Below are positions 35,120-44,517 of a stretch of 64,000 nt of DNA, piece after piece. The notes below the pieces were generated by a model, which worked only from the letters and a program-made list of their open reading frames with translations, did not search any database and was not told where the DNA came from. Positions within the stretch are counted from its first letter, which is position 1. Every line of letters begins with the position of its first letter. The stretch lies in the IMG/VR virus record IMGVR_UViG_3300042731_004976, positions 32,001 to 96,000 of that record. The stretch is one strand, 5' to 3'. The position numbers were made by a program, and so were the translations under genes. Source of the DNA: a virus.

Positions 35120-38100
35120 CAGTCAGTCTCCACTACGGGCTTGATGTACTTCTCGTAGATCTTTCCGGCGTTCTTCTCGATGATGAAGAAGTCCTCGACG
35201 GGGACCCCGTTGACTTCTTGAATACCCGAAGCTCTTGCATTCTTGATCATGGCCTTTCGCGCAGACTCTGAGGGGGCAACGATGCGCATCATTCGCTCTG
35301 GGCGAACCCCCTTGCGGAAAGACAGCTCAGTCGTTGTGGCCGCGTTCTTCTGTTGAGCGTCCAAGCGAGCTTCGAGGCTCTTGCGTCCAGTCCAATCAGG
35401 AGAGTCCTCGCGGCACCTACCGTACGTGTCCTTCATGAACATGTACGTATCCATCCGGTCCAGCTCCTCCGGGTGGATCACCACCTGCCACGACTTGGCG
35501 AAGGAGTAACCGTTGATCGAGGTGTTGTCGCCGCTAGCACACACCGTGTGGCATAAAACACCGTCTCCGGAGCCGCTGTTCACGTCCTGCTCGTAGCTCA
35601 CTCCCGTCTTGGCGATGCCATGCTGGTTGCGCTCGTGGATTCCCATCGGGCCTGTCCTCAGGATCGATAGAATGGCGCCTTCGTCAGCACCGTGGAAGGC
35701 GAACCGGAAGTTTCCTCCCGCGAGCTTCTTGTGACGTCCCTTCTGAACGTGAGCCGAGTATCCAGGATAGACCTCTTCGTGAACCGTGGCTTTCATAGCA
35801 TCCTTCCCACCCTTGATCTTCTTGATCATACTGGTGAGGTTCTCCACGGTTCGATCTTCTTCCTTGAGAGCATCGGCTTTTTGAGGGCTCAGTGCCCACA
35901 AGATGCGGCTGAGTCGATGCGTCTCCTTCTCTTCCGGAGTGGGATCCCTGAGCACGTCCTTGGCTAGCCCAGGCTTCATGGTGTCTAGACTCTGCTTCAC
36001 GACGTCCTCGACAGTTTCTCCTTTCTTGGGACGCGCCTTCACGTAGACGCTACCCATATAGGCGTACTTGTGGGCGCCCGTAGCCAAGTGCACCTCGGAG
36101 TCGCCAATCTTCCACGTTCTAGTCGAGACGCTGTCGGAGTAACCGCCCACCTCAACGAACACATCGTTCTCCGAATCGTAGGAAGCGTGCGGGAATTTCC
36201 ACTGACCCTCGTTGCCAGAGTCTTTGAGACTCTCCCATTGGGGCTTTCTGAGCTTGAAGTGAACGTAGTGGTAGTCCTGACCGCTGGCGGTGCGGTATCG
36301 CTTAGCGCGCATGACAGAACCTTCCACCGAGGGACCGTCGGAGCTGAATCCTTTGCCCCACTTGCCCAAGGTCGTACTAGCGACTTGCTTGAACTCCTTC
36401 GCGTTGTCCGTTGCCTTGGGGTTTTCGTGATCGTCCGTGAAGTACCGAGGAGTAGAGGGGGCGTCAGCTATACCTTTGGGCTCTACGATTTCTTCGATCT
36501 CCGTAGAGGCGCTTTCCAAAGCCTTCTTGTCTACGAACATCATCATGTACTGACTACCCTCTATGTGATCCGCTTTACCTGTGAGTGGATTCACCAAGGG
36601 CTTCAGGTTGAGTTCGTCGAATAGCTTCTTCAGCTTGTCTAGACCGTTGAGATCGTCATTCGGGATCTTGATGGTCAGCTTCGAGTCGTCCTTCTCGGTC
36701 GGAGTTTTTGGGTTGTGGTAAGGGCGGATCTTCAACCCTTCGAAGCCTGTAGCCGAAATGTACCAACCCGACGGCTCCTTTTTCAGAGCGGAGTTAGGAG
36801 AATCAGCTTCGGATAGCTTGAACGAGATCTTCTTCTTGACCTTCTTGGGTCCGGATCCTTCGGGGACCCATCCCTTGTCGAAAGTGAAGACGCCCTTATC
36901 TGTATTCTCCTTCGACTGGTAGACGGTCGTAATGAGCTTCTCGAAGTCTTTGCGAAGATCGAGCTTACGCTTACGCATCTTCTTCAGGAGATCGTTCTGC
37001 GCTTGGATCTTTTTTGGGAAGATCGTCTCTGCGTAGGGACGAGTGGCCTTCATGTACGCGGCCGTGCTCATCTTCTCCAGCTTTTCGATAGTCTTCTTGG
37101 TGCCCTCCACCAAGGGCTCGATGGGGTAGTCCCCCTTCGCCGCTCCCTTCCACAAGGCGTTGTAGTACGGGGGCTTCTCTCCGTAGAGCTTTGAGTTGGG
37201 CGCGTACTCCGTACTCAACTCGTCTTCGCCAAAGAAACGGAAGCCCTGTTCCTTATCGACGCTAAGGATCTTACCGTCCTTGCGACGAACGAAGTTGGCT
37301 CCGTGGCTGTCGTGCTGGCTCATGAGCCAGTCGAGCACGTGCTCCTGTGTGATGGATGCGCGGTCCTCGTTAGAAAGCGTCTTGGGGTTGACGTTCGCTA
37401 GGTTGGGTTGATCTGGATCTAGATCGATAAGGGGCTGAAGCGTTCCGAACTTCTTGTTGACCTCGGTTACGCCTACCACCAGGTGCTGGTCGTCCACGGT
37501 ACGAGCGACTTCAGACCACAACTGCTGCGCGGCAGCCGAGTAGGGCTTGGCTTTTCCGCCTCCTTTTTCGTAGGCCGCCTTGTGCATCCACTTCTGACCC
37601 TTGTCGTCTTCGTAGATGACCTTGTCCCCTGCGCCTCCCAGGAAGTTGCCAGATCCAACCATCTTCAAGGAGTCGATTTCTGGAAGACCCTCGGGGGTCT
37701 TCATTTCCAGAGCGGCCTTCTTCTGATCGGAGAGCTTTACAGGTTCCGGTATCGCAGGAGCGACCGGAGGAGGAAGATCCTTCTTCGTCACCTTGCTTGG
37801 GGTGACGAAGATCTCAGGCTCGGGATGTTGGACTTGATCTTCGGGGGGCGCTTTCTTTGCCGCAGGAGTCGTCTTCACCTTACCGAACATCGTTTTTTCG
37901 ACCGTGTTCCCGGTAGGAGTGACCTGCTTGTTCTTTGCCTGCTTCCCTGTACTCGCTACGATGACGAATCCGCCCTTTGGATCCACGTACTCGGTGGGCT
38001 TGAGGTCGAGAACCTTGTAGACTTCATCGTTGGGAAGCACGAACTCGTCTTTGGCTAGCCCCAAAGATTTCTGGAACTCGAAAGCCTCGTCCGGCGATGG

Positions 38101-39099
38101 CGGTTCGTATCCAGCCGGAGCTTTGCCCTTCCAATCGAAAACGAAATCGGGATCGGGTTCGTTGACCTCGGGCGGCGGTGGTACCGGAACGTCAGGTTCC
38201 TTGGGGGCTTCGCCGATCATGGCAAGCGTGTAGCCCTCCAGAGCCTTCTGCCACTTCTGAATGTGTGCGGCGTACGCCGACTTCCCCGCGGGCAGCGTGG
38301 CCCCTTCTGCCTTCTTCTTGTAGTGATCGACTGCAACACTCGCGAGCCCTGCTGCTGTCTTGAAGTCGCCCTCGTCTCCCGCAGTCTCCGCGTAGTAGCC
38401 AAGAGAATCCACCTGCATCGACGTAAGCTTGTTCGCGTTCTTCTTGAAGTAGTCGACGTCCTTCTTGAGGACTGCGTTTGAGAATTCGACAGCAGGCAGA
38501 GCAGGTTGGTCCCCTGCCTTTGGCGAAGGTTCCGGTTCCGGAGTTTTCGTCACGTTCGGTTCTGGCTCTGCCGCAGGTTCTGGCTTTTCCGGTTCCTTGG
38601 GCTTGGGCATCCCGAGGAGATCGAGAAGGCCGTCTACGCCTCCTGCGGACGGCGGTACTTCCTTGGGCAAAGGTTCGCCAGCAGCCAACGCTTTCGAGAA
38701 AGTGTTCTGCGGCTTCACGCCTTGCGCCTTCAGCTTCTTCGCGAGGTTCTTGAGCTTGACACTGGGAATCCATCCGGACAGCTCGGGCACCTGGTTCTGC
38801 CCAGGGAGAGGCTCCAGCTCCCCGCCGCTACCGATGTCTCCTACTGGTGGATACTCATCCGTCGTACCTTCTGGGGGATCGATGAGGTCCGGAAGGTGCT
38901 TCTCCAGATTCTTCTGCTGGATCCACACAGGCTTGGCTCCGGAAGCGTAGTTCTTCCAGACGAGGATCTTTTCGCCTTTCTTGCCGATGATCTTGACCTC
39001 GTCTAGAGTTTCCCCGACGAAGGTTCGCGAATCGAGCAAGCGTCCCTGGGATTGCCAGATACGGAAGCCTGCGGGACGTTCCTTGAGTACGGCTCCCAT
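35119..39099 (-). CDS. Large polyvalent protein: Pro-rich N-terminus, HipA/PI3K-like kinase domain and C-terminal ART-like domain
   Basis: LGGAGDK..., W.HK, DWLMSQHDSHGAN, SVDKEQ (kinase); FHG...ILSIL..G...S...D...G...E..FR.G (ART-like). Confidence 0.65.
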   Translation of the reverse strand: MGAVLKERPAGFRIWQSQGRLLDSRTFVGETLDEVKIIGKKGEKILVWKNYASGAKPVWIQQKNLEKHLPDLIDPPEGTTDEYPPVGDIGSGGELEPLPGQNQVPELSGWIPSVKLKNLAKKLKAQGVKPQNTFSKALAAGEPLPKEVPPSAGGVDGLLDLLGMPKPKEPEKPEPAAEPEPNVTKTPEPEPSPKAGDQPALPAVEFSNAVLKKDVDYFKKNANKLTSMQVDSLGYYAETAGDEGDFKTAAGLASVAVDHYKKKAEGATLPAGKSAYAAHIQKWQKALEGYTLAMIGEAPKEPDVPVPPPPEVNEPDPDFVFDWKGKAPAGYEPPSPDEAFEFQKSLGLAKDEFVLPNDEVYKVLDLKPTEYVDPKGGFVIVASTGKQAKNKQVTPTGNTVEKTMFGKVKTTPAAKKAPPEDQVQHPEPEIFVTPSKVTKKDLPPPVAPAIPEPVKLSDQKKAALEMKTPEGLPEIDSLKMVGSGNFLGGAGDKVIYEDDKGQKWMHKAAYEKGGGKAKPYSAAAQQLWSEVARTVDDQHLVVGVTEVNKKFGTLQPLIDLDPDQPNLANVNPKTLSNEDRASITQEHVLDWLMSQHDSHGANFVRRKDGKILSVDKEQGFRFFGEDELSTEYAPNSKLYGEKPPYYNALWKGAAKGDYPIEPLVEGTKKTIEKLEKMSTAAYMKATRPYAETIFPKKIQAQNDLLKKMRKRKLDLRKDFEKLITTVYQSKENTDKGVFTFDKGWVPEGSGPKKVKKKISFKLSEADSPNSALKKEPSGWYISATGFEGLKIRPYHNPKTPTEKDDSKLTIKIPNDDLNGLDKLKKLFDELNLKPLVNPLTGKADHIEGSQYMMMFVDKKALESASTEIEEIVEPKGIADAPSTPRYFTDDHENPKATDNAKEFKQVASTTLGKWGKGFSSDGPSVEGSVMRAKRYRTASGQDYHYVHFKLRKPQWESLKDSGNEGQWKFPHASYDSENDVFVEVGGYSDSVSTRTWKIGDSEVHLATGAHKYAYMGSVYVKARPKKGETVEDVVKQSLDTMKPGLAKDVLRDPTPEEKETHRLSRILWALSPQKADALKEEDRTVENLTSMIKKIKGGKDAMKATVHEEVYPGYSAHVQKGRHKKLAGGNFRFAFHGADEGAILSILRTGPMGIHERNQHGIAKTGVSYEQDVNSGSGDGVLCHTVCASGDNTSINGYSFAKSWQVVIHPEELDRMDTYMFMKDTYGRCREDSPDWTGRKSLEARLDAQQKNAATTTELSFRKGVRPERMMRIVAPSESARKAMIKNARASGIQEVNGVPVEDFFIIEKNAGKIYEKYIKPVVETD

Positions 39100-39112
39100 C
39101 AGATTTCTCTCC

Positions 39113-39823
39113 TCAAACGATCTCGACGTTGCCTAGCTCGGGATCGGAGACCCACGGCGGCTTCCATCCCAGCTTGCTGTCCTCCATCATCATCAGTTCC
39201 CACGAGCGCTTGGACAGCTCTGCGGCACGTCGCATGATCCCGTTGGTTCTAGCGAAGACGTTGATGCTTACCTCGTCTCTGAAGTCGAGTCCGTCCTTCA
39301 CGAGGGCCTCCGCAAACTCCGCGGGTACGTCTTCGTTTTGCTTTGCGGCCATACGAAGAGATCGGGACAAGCCCGCGCCCTTGTTGAGCATGTACTGGAT
39401 GCCCTTGTCCATTCCGGTGGCGCTCTTCTTGAGATCATCTCGAAGTTTCTTGTCGTCGAGCATTTCGAGGGGAGTCGGCTTCTTCCCGTAGCTCGTACCT
39501 CCCGTCTTCGTGGAGATCTCGTAGAGCTTGGCCAGCTCGTAGAGGGCCTCGCGTCCCGTCTTGAAGTGTCCGTATGCTTTGCCCGTGACGCCTACAACGC
39601 TTCTCAGCGAGGAGCTGACATCAGAGACAGCCCTACGGGCGGTCAGCTCGTCTTCGGCCTCAGAAGCACGGTTCGCCGCGTCGACCACTTTGTGGATGCT
39701 CTCCAGGTAGAGATCCCCCAGGCGGATGAAGGCTCTCCACTCGTTGGCAGCATCCAAGAGAGGCTTCCGAGCGTTGTTGGCTTCCAGGAGGTGACGGGCT
39801 TCCTCGATTTGGGTACGCAGCAT
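39113..39823 (-). CDS. Helical hypothetical protein with N-terminal LLE motif
   Basis: GGGAG RBS; MLRTQIEEARHLLE start. Confidence 0.6.
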   Translation of the reverse strand: MLRTQIEEARHLLEANNARKPLLDAANEWRAFIRLGDLYLESIHKVVDAANRASEAEDELTARRAVSDVSSSLRSVVGVTGKAYGHFKTGREALYELAKLYEISTKTGGTSYGKKPTPLEMLDDKKLRDDLKKSATGMDKGIQYMLNKGAGLSRSLRMAAKQNEDVPAEFAEALVKDGLDFRDEVSINVFARTNGIMRRAAELSKRSWELMMMEDSKLGWKPPWVSDPELGNVEIV

Positions 39824-39881
39824 TGACTTTCTCCCAGGATCTCCGGTGGATACCCCCTGTTCTACCACACGGATTCTGGGC

Positions 39882-40676
39882 TCAGCTAGCCTGCGTCGAA
39901 GCTGACAGCTCCTCTTCTTCCTTCTCTTCTGCCGCTTTGAGCCATTTCTTCGTCACTTCCGGAATGATCTCGTTGATATCCCGGCCCCACTCCTTGCAGT
40001 GCTGGATCAACTTGTCCATCTGGGTCTTCGTTTTCTTGCTCATGGCGATGTAGAGATGTTCCTTCCCCCCGAAGGAAAACACCATGAAGCTGTACTCCAG
40101 CGTATCCCCGTGCTGGTTGAAGATCGTGTTCAGAATCGAGGATAGATCGGATACGCTGTTTGCGTTATCCGCAGCACTGTTGAACTGATCCTGAGCCGTC
40201 TTCGGTAGTCCGGAGGACTGGACCGCTTTCTTCATCGTCTTGACGAGCTTCTTCCAGGCATCCGAGTCGGTGTACGCGAACATGCGCTGCAAGGACTTCT
40301 CGCCGTACTTCTCCTCCATCTCCTTGTAGAGGGAGATCATCTTCTGCGTGTTCGCTTTGCCGTGGAGTTGGTTCAGACGGACCGTGACGAACTTCTGAAG
40401 ATCCTCCTCCTGCCACTTCTCGTCCGACAGCAGGGTGGCCGGGATCTCCTCCATCTCCAGAACCCGGGCTGCACGCCATCGGTGCTCTCCACCGAGTAAC
40501 CTGAAGCCCCCATCCATCATCGGAACTACTTGCACTGGATCAATGAATCCTACCTCACGGATCTCTTGCACGAGAAGGTCGAACTCCTCGGCGTTCATCT
40601 CGTTCGGGTTCCAGGCGTTCGGCTCGATCTCCTCAACAGGAAGGAGGCGAGTCTCTGGTATGTCGATCTCGTTCAT
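39882..40676 (-). CDS. ParB/Srx-like domain protein
   Basis: PN.WNPN...I.EVGF.DPV.V...LLGGEHRW.AA. Confidence 0.85.
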   Translation of the reverse strand: MNEIDIPETRLLPVEEIEPNAWNPNEMNAEEFDLLVQEIREVGFIDPVQVVPMMDGGFRLLGGEHRWRAARVLEMEEIPATLLSDEKWQEEDLQKFVTVRLNQLHGKANTQKMISLYKEMEEKYGEKSLQRMFAYTDSDAWKKLVKTMKKAVQSSGLPKTAQDQFNSAADNANSVSDLSSILNTIFNQHGDTLEYSFMVFSFGGKEHLYIAMSKKTKTQMDKLIQHCKEWGRDINEIIPEVTKKWLKAAEEKEEEELSASTQAS

Positions 40677-40915
40677 AGATCGTTGACGATAGCAGCACCA
40701 AGGATCTCTGCCAACGTGTCGCACTTTCCAGAGACGACTTGTAGCTCTCCGACTAGCGTACGGAGGAAGCTCTCCAAAGCATCCGGAGAGCCTGGTTGGT
40801 CGACCATGGGGATTCCCTCCCCAACGGCCTTGGTCCACTTCTCCAAGATGCTCCGAGCGGTCTCCAGTTCGTTGTAGAGAACGTTCGGGCTTACGGGGAG
40901 ACCTGCCTGGTTCAT
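40673..40915 (-). CDS. Hypothetical protein
   Basis: ATGA-coupled at both ends. Confidence 0.55.
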   Translation of the reverse strand: MNQAGLPVSPNVLYNELETARSILEKWTKAVGEGIPMVDQPGSPDALESFLRTLVGELQVVSGKCDTLAEILGAAIVNDL

Positions 40916-41844
40916 GAGTCTGCCATCGCCTTCACGGCCTTCGCGAACGCGCTCTTGCCGTGCACGATGTCCTTGCTCTTGGTATCGATCGCGACGAGCT
41001 TCACACCTAGGTGCGATTCGAGCTTGGAGAGGAACTTCACGCGCGTCTTCGGGTCCATGGGCTTGCCGAAGTCGTTCGTTGCCAAGAAGTCCATGCAGAT
41101 GAGCGAGAGGAGCTGACTCTTCTTGGCTGCCTCTCCCTCGCCCCCCTTGGCTGTGATCAGCTCTGCGGCGCGTTCCATAGCTTCTCGCACGTTGTCGATC
41201 TGCTCGTTGAAGCACAAGAAGTGAAACGTGTGCGTGCGTTCCAAATCCGGAAGGTCCTCGTCGTCGGGCACGTTCGCCTTCTTTCCACCGTACGAAGCCT
41301 TCTCTGTCTTCGTCTTCGCTTCCTTGTGGGAACCATCGGATAGATTGTCGACAGAGTCGAGGTACTTCCCCACAGCGTGAAGGAACTGCGGGTAGTTGAG
41401 CTGTTCGGCACGCTCTGTCCACTTGAGCACGAACTTCGGATCACTCTTGACCGCGAAGACTCGACGTAGCTCTCTCAGCTTCGACCAACCGACCTTCTTC
41501 AAGCGCTTCCGCAGACTCGGGTCGGTGTCGACGAGCAGAACGTCGAACATCTCACCGATGTTTCGAAGTCGTTCAGCCTTCCGCCGTTGAATGCCCAGCT
41601 CGACCTCTACGTACTCTCCGAAAGTTTTGAACCCCCACGCGGTGTAGGTCGAAGGCTTGTCGGGATCGTTGTCGATGGGGATCTTGTGGATTTCCCAGAG
41701 CAGCTTGCTGAGTTGTAGATACCCGTTGTCCACACCGTTTGCCAGATCCTTAGCTTTCTTCCGGATGCTGTCTCTCCACGACTTTGAACCTGGACCGATC
41801 TTCGTTACCTTCGCGCTAGCTCCCATGTTCTTCTCCTGCTCCAA
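40912..41844 (-). CDS. Hypothetical protein (possible DNA-binding)
   Basis: GFKTFGEYVEVELGI.RRKA..L motif. Confidence 0.6.
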   Translation of the reverse strand: MEQEKNMGASAKVTKIGPGSKSWRDSIRKKAKDLANGVDNGYLQLSKLLWEIHKIPIDNDPDKPSTYTAWGFKTFGEYVEVELGIQRRKAERLRNIGEMFDVLLVDTDPSLRKRLKKVGWSKLRELRRVFAVKSDPKFVLKWTERAEQLNYPQFLHAVGKYLDSVDNLSDGSHKEAKTKTEKASYGGKKANVPDDEDLPDLERTHTFHFLCFNEQIDNVREAMERAAELITAKGGEGEAAKKSQLLSLICMDFLATNDFGKPMDPKTRVKFLSKLESHLGVKLVAIDTKSKDIVHGKSAFAKAVKAMADS

Positions 41845-42133
41845 AGATCACGTGCTTGGCACGCACTTCGGTTAACTCGCCCATCTGTCCGCTTCGGTTC
41901 ATCAGTTCCCCCGATACGACGATCTCTATGCCCTTCTTCACACGCTCCTCGCAGATGGCTACGAGTGCCTTGTTGTAGACGTTGACCTTTACCCATGCCG
42001 TGATGGTCTTGTCTCGGGCACGCCTATCGGACGCCAGCATAAACGTACACACAGGATCTCCGGAGCCTGTTGTCGAGAACGTAACCCGACCGACGTTGCC
42101 GGAAATCGAAACGTGGTTGATGTGGTCGGTCAC
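41816..42133 (-). CDS. ssb: Short SSB-family OB-fold protein without acidic tail
   Basis: N.V.ISGNVG, G..VCTF.LA, W..V..Y, KKG..IVVSGEL. Confidence 0.8.
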   Translation of the reverse strand: MTDHINHVSISGNVGRVTFSTTGSGDPVCTFMLASDRRARDKTITAWVKVNVYNKALVAICEERVKKGIEIVVSGELMNRSGQMGELTEVRAKHVIFGAGEEHGS

Positions 42134-42675
42134 TGGAGCCTCCGAGCGATTCTGAGAACCTCGTCGTCCAGGCACGCGACTATAGCCCCTAGGGCATCAT
42201 ACGGGTGCTCGTGAACGGACGCGGGGAACCCATTGTCTAACAGCTCGGCCCCAAAGTCTCGTCCGAACCTCTCGTTGAGCGCTTCAGCCACTTCTTCCTT
42301 GGTTGCGGTCTTCTTTCCGCAGATCTCCCTTTTGAGGGCCATGGGGGAGACCTGAAGGATCGGCACATCTGTCAGTTCTGATATAGAGCAGATCACTCCC
42401 CAGCCCATACCGACTTTGGCGCTGCTCCCTGCGTTCCTGGGCCAGGACTGGGATTCGCTACAGATCGCTACGACTCCTTCCGTAAGGGGGTATAGGGATC
42501 GAAAAAGCTCGCGCCCTCTTCTCACGTTGTCGTCCGAGGCGCGTACTTTCCTTTTCTTGCTACTGGCTGCGGTACGGATACATCCCAAGGTTAGTACCTC
42601 TATGGTGTCCGCGCGGATTTCCGCCAGCGCGTAGCCCAAAGAGGAGAACCCAGGATCTGTACCTAGGACACGCAC
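42130..42675 (-). CDS. ruvC: RuvC Holliday junction resolvase
   Basis: VLG.DPG....GYA, E, K..I.G...A.KEEV, H..DA. Confidence 0.88.
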   Translation of the reverse strand: MRVLGTDPGFSSLGYALAEIRADTIEVLTLGCIRTAASSKKRKVRASDDNVRRGRELFRSLYPLTEGVVAICSESQSWPRNAGSSAKVGMGWGVICSISELTDVPILQVSPMALKREICGKKTATKEEVAEALNERFGRDFGAELLDNGFPASVHEHPYDALGAIVACLDDEVLRIARRLQ

Positions 42676-43080
42676 CTAGTTCTTCTCCGGAGATTCCTGT
42701 GTCGGTTGTCCTGCTTCTGCTGCTCGCGTTGCTTCATCGTGCATCTGAAAGGCGCGTGACGTGAGGGCAATGGAACCCAAGATACGGTCGGCGTCGCTAC
42801 ACGAAGCCAACGTCTGTCCATCCGCAGTACGCAAGAAGGACTCGCCGGTCTCTGTTTCGACGGCTCGAACCAACTCGTGGATGTCGTCCAAACGCTTCTT
42901 CCCCCAATTGGATTCGTAGAGGAAGCAAAGAGAGCATACGACGTGTTGCTCGTCTCCGCTGGGCGGTCCCATCTCCCACATGGCTTGCCTCTTGTCGCAT
43001 CTAGAGCACGCGGACTTGAACAACGCCTTAGGAAGAGGGCGTAGGTAGCGCGTGTCGATGATCACGGGTTTCAGGGTCAC
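42676..43080 (-). CDS. Zn-finger hypothetical protein
   Basis: CSRC...CSLC; GTG start overlapping the upstream TAG. Confidence 0.5.
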   Translation of the reverse strand: MTLKPVIIDTRYLRPLPKALFKSACSRCDKRQAMWEMGPPSGDEQHVVCSLCFLYESNWGKKRLDDIHELVRAVETETGESFLRTADGQTLASCSDADRILGSIALTSRAFQMHDEATRAAEAGQPTQESPEKN

Positions 43081-43931
43081 TAGAGTTCCTCCGTCGTTTT
43101 GAAGCACGGTTCTGCCAGCGAGCACTCCTCCGCCCGATTGCAGTCTGGAGACGAGCATATACGATCGGGTAGTACTCCCTTTTTGATGCCGTACCAGATC
43201 CCAGAGATCATCTCCTTGATCTTCTCGATGGTCTCGTCGTCTCGTTCGACGTAGTGCTCGATGAACGGCGACCTGTAGAGTCCCTTCACCCAGTACAGGA
43301 TCACACCCCACTTGCGTCCGGTAAGCCACATGTACGTTTGAAGCTGAACCACGTGTCCGAAGTCGGGGACGTCCCGTATCTCCTTGGATCGTCTCTCGCT
43401 AACGCTCTTTCCTTCGAGGACTCCTTCTTCGTCAGCATCGGGTAGACGAAGGAAGCCATCAGGGTGCCCTCCGATGCGGTACTCGTTGCTCTTGAAGAAC
43501 TGCTCCTGGTACTCGAAGTCGTTGTCGTCCCCGTCCCGAGGCTCTTTTCGATCCTTGCAGATGTTGCTGGTGCACGTCTTCGGTCGAGCGATGTTCCCTA
43601 CGTCAGTGTCTACCCCGCCGTAACAGGCTCCGCAGATCTTACATCGCCACCTGCCGAACAAGACTTCGATGCGGGAAAGCACTCGGTTCTGTAGCGCCCA
43701 GTGCAACCCGTGTCCGTGGTTGAACGTGAGCAGCAGATCGGTGTCGATGAAGTCATGCCGCTCGATATCCAAGATCGCCGCAAGGACTTCTTCGCGAGCG
43801 CAGAGCGACGATAGTGCAGAGACCCTCAGCCACCCTTGGGAAGTAAGCGGTTTGACCCGTCGCTCTTCCTTGAACTCGTCCTTGACCACCCGAAGAAGCG
43901 ATGGACCAGCACGCGCAATACTCTTCGCCAT
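43080..43931 (-). CDS. Cas4-like PD-(D/E)xK exonuclease
   Basis: S.L...C.R, G...H, GHPDG, E.KS, Q.Q.Y, C-terminal Cys cluster. Confidence 0.8.
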   Translation of the reverse strand: MAKSIARAGPSLLRVVKDEFKEERRVKPLTSQGWLRVSALSSLCAREEVLAAILDIERHDFIDTDLLLTFNHGHGLHWALQNRVLSRIEVLFGRWRCKICGACYGGVDTDVGNIARPKTCTSNICKDRKEPRDGDDNDFEYQEQFFKSNEYRIGGHPDGFLRLPDADEEGVLEGKSVSERRSKEIRDVPDFGHVVQLQTYMWLTGRKWGVILYWVKGLYRSPFIEHYVERDDETIEKIKEMISGIWYGIKKGVLPDRICSSPDCNRAEECSLAEPCFKTTEEL

Positions 43932-44230
43932 CGTCCGATTCCCTGCTTTCTTCTTACGTCCGTGAGAACGACGTCAAGACGCCGTCTTGCCAACTCTAAC
44001 AGCTCCTCTGCCTCTAGCGGAGTCATCTCGTAACCGCAACTGGGACACTCCCACCACGATTTCTCTGGTGCCCACAGGAGCAACTCTTCGCAGGGCTCGC
44101 ATTCGAAGACAGGGATGCGGTCCTGTCCCTCGAAGACGATGCGTACTTGAGCATCTGGATGTATTACGATAGATGCACGTACCTTCGGGTCCTGGATTGC
44201 AGGTACCCTGAGATCCTCTGGATCTTTCAC
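43826..44230 (-). CDS. Zn-ribbon hypothetical protein
   Basis: CEPC...CPSC; GTGA coupling. Confidence 0.5.
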   Translation of the reverse strand: MKDPEDLRVPAIQDPKVRASIVIHPDAQVRIVFEGQDRIPVFECEPCEELLLWAPEKSWWECPSCGYEMTPLEAEELLELARRRLDVVLTDVRRKQGIGRWRRVLRVLVHRFFGWSRTSSRKSDGSNRLLPKGG

Positions 44231-44517
44231 GAGATTTCCTCCTGTTCGGAGGCGAGCTGCGCGGAGTGCTCCCGATCCGCTTCCTTCATCCCTATGCGCA
44301 GACAGCGTTCCCTTAGCTCCGCTACGTCTTCGTGACTCATTCCTAGGATGATCGCTACGCTTTCGACGTAGCCGAGTTGGGTGCTTAGGCACTCCATCAG
44401 GACGAGGAGGATCTCCTCGGAGTCCTCCGGGCGCTCGTCCATCTTCGCCACGATCTTCTTCGTGGCTTGCACCAGGGTGCTCAGCACCTCGCTGCTCAAC
44501 TCCTTCTTGTCGATCAT
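44227..44517 (-). CDS. Hypothetical protein
   Basis: Coupled at both ends. Confidence 0.55.
   Translation of the reverse strand: MIDKKELSSEVLSTLVQATKKIVAKMDERPEDSEEILLVLMECLSTQLGYVESVAIILGMSHEDVAELRERCLRIGMKEADREHSAQLASEQEEIS

Noticed and set aside
43080-43931. Cas4-like gene as part of a CRISPR-Cas system
   Set aside because: No repeat-spacer array or other cas genes were seen, and it sits in a recombination operon.
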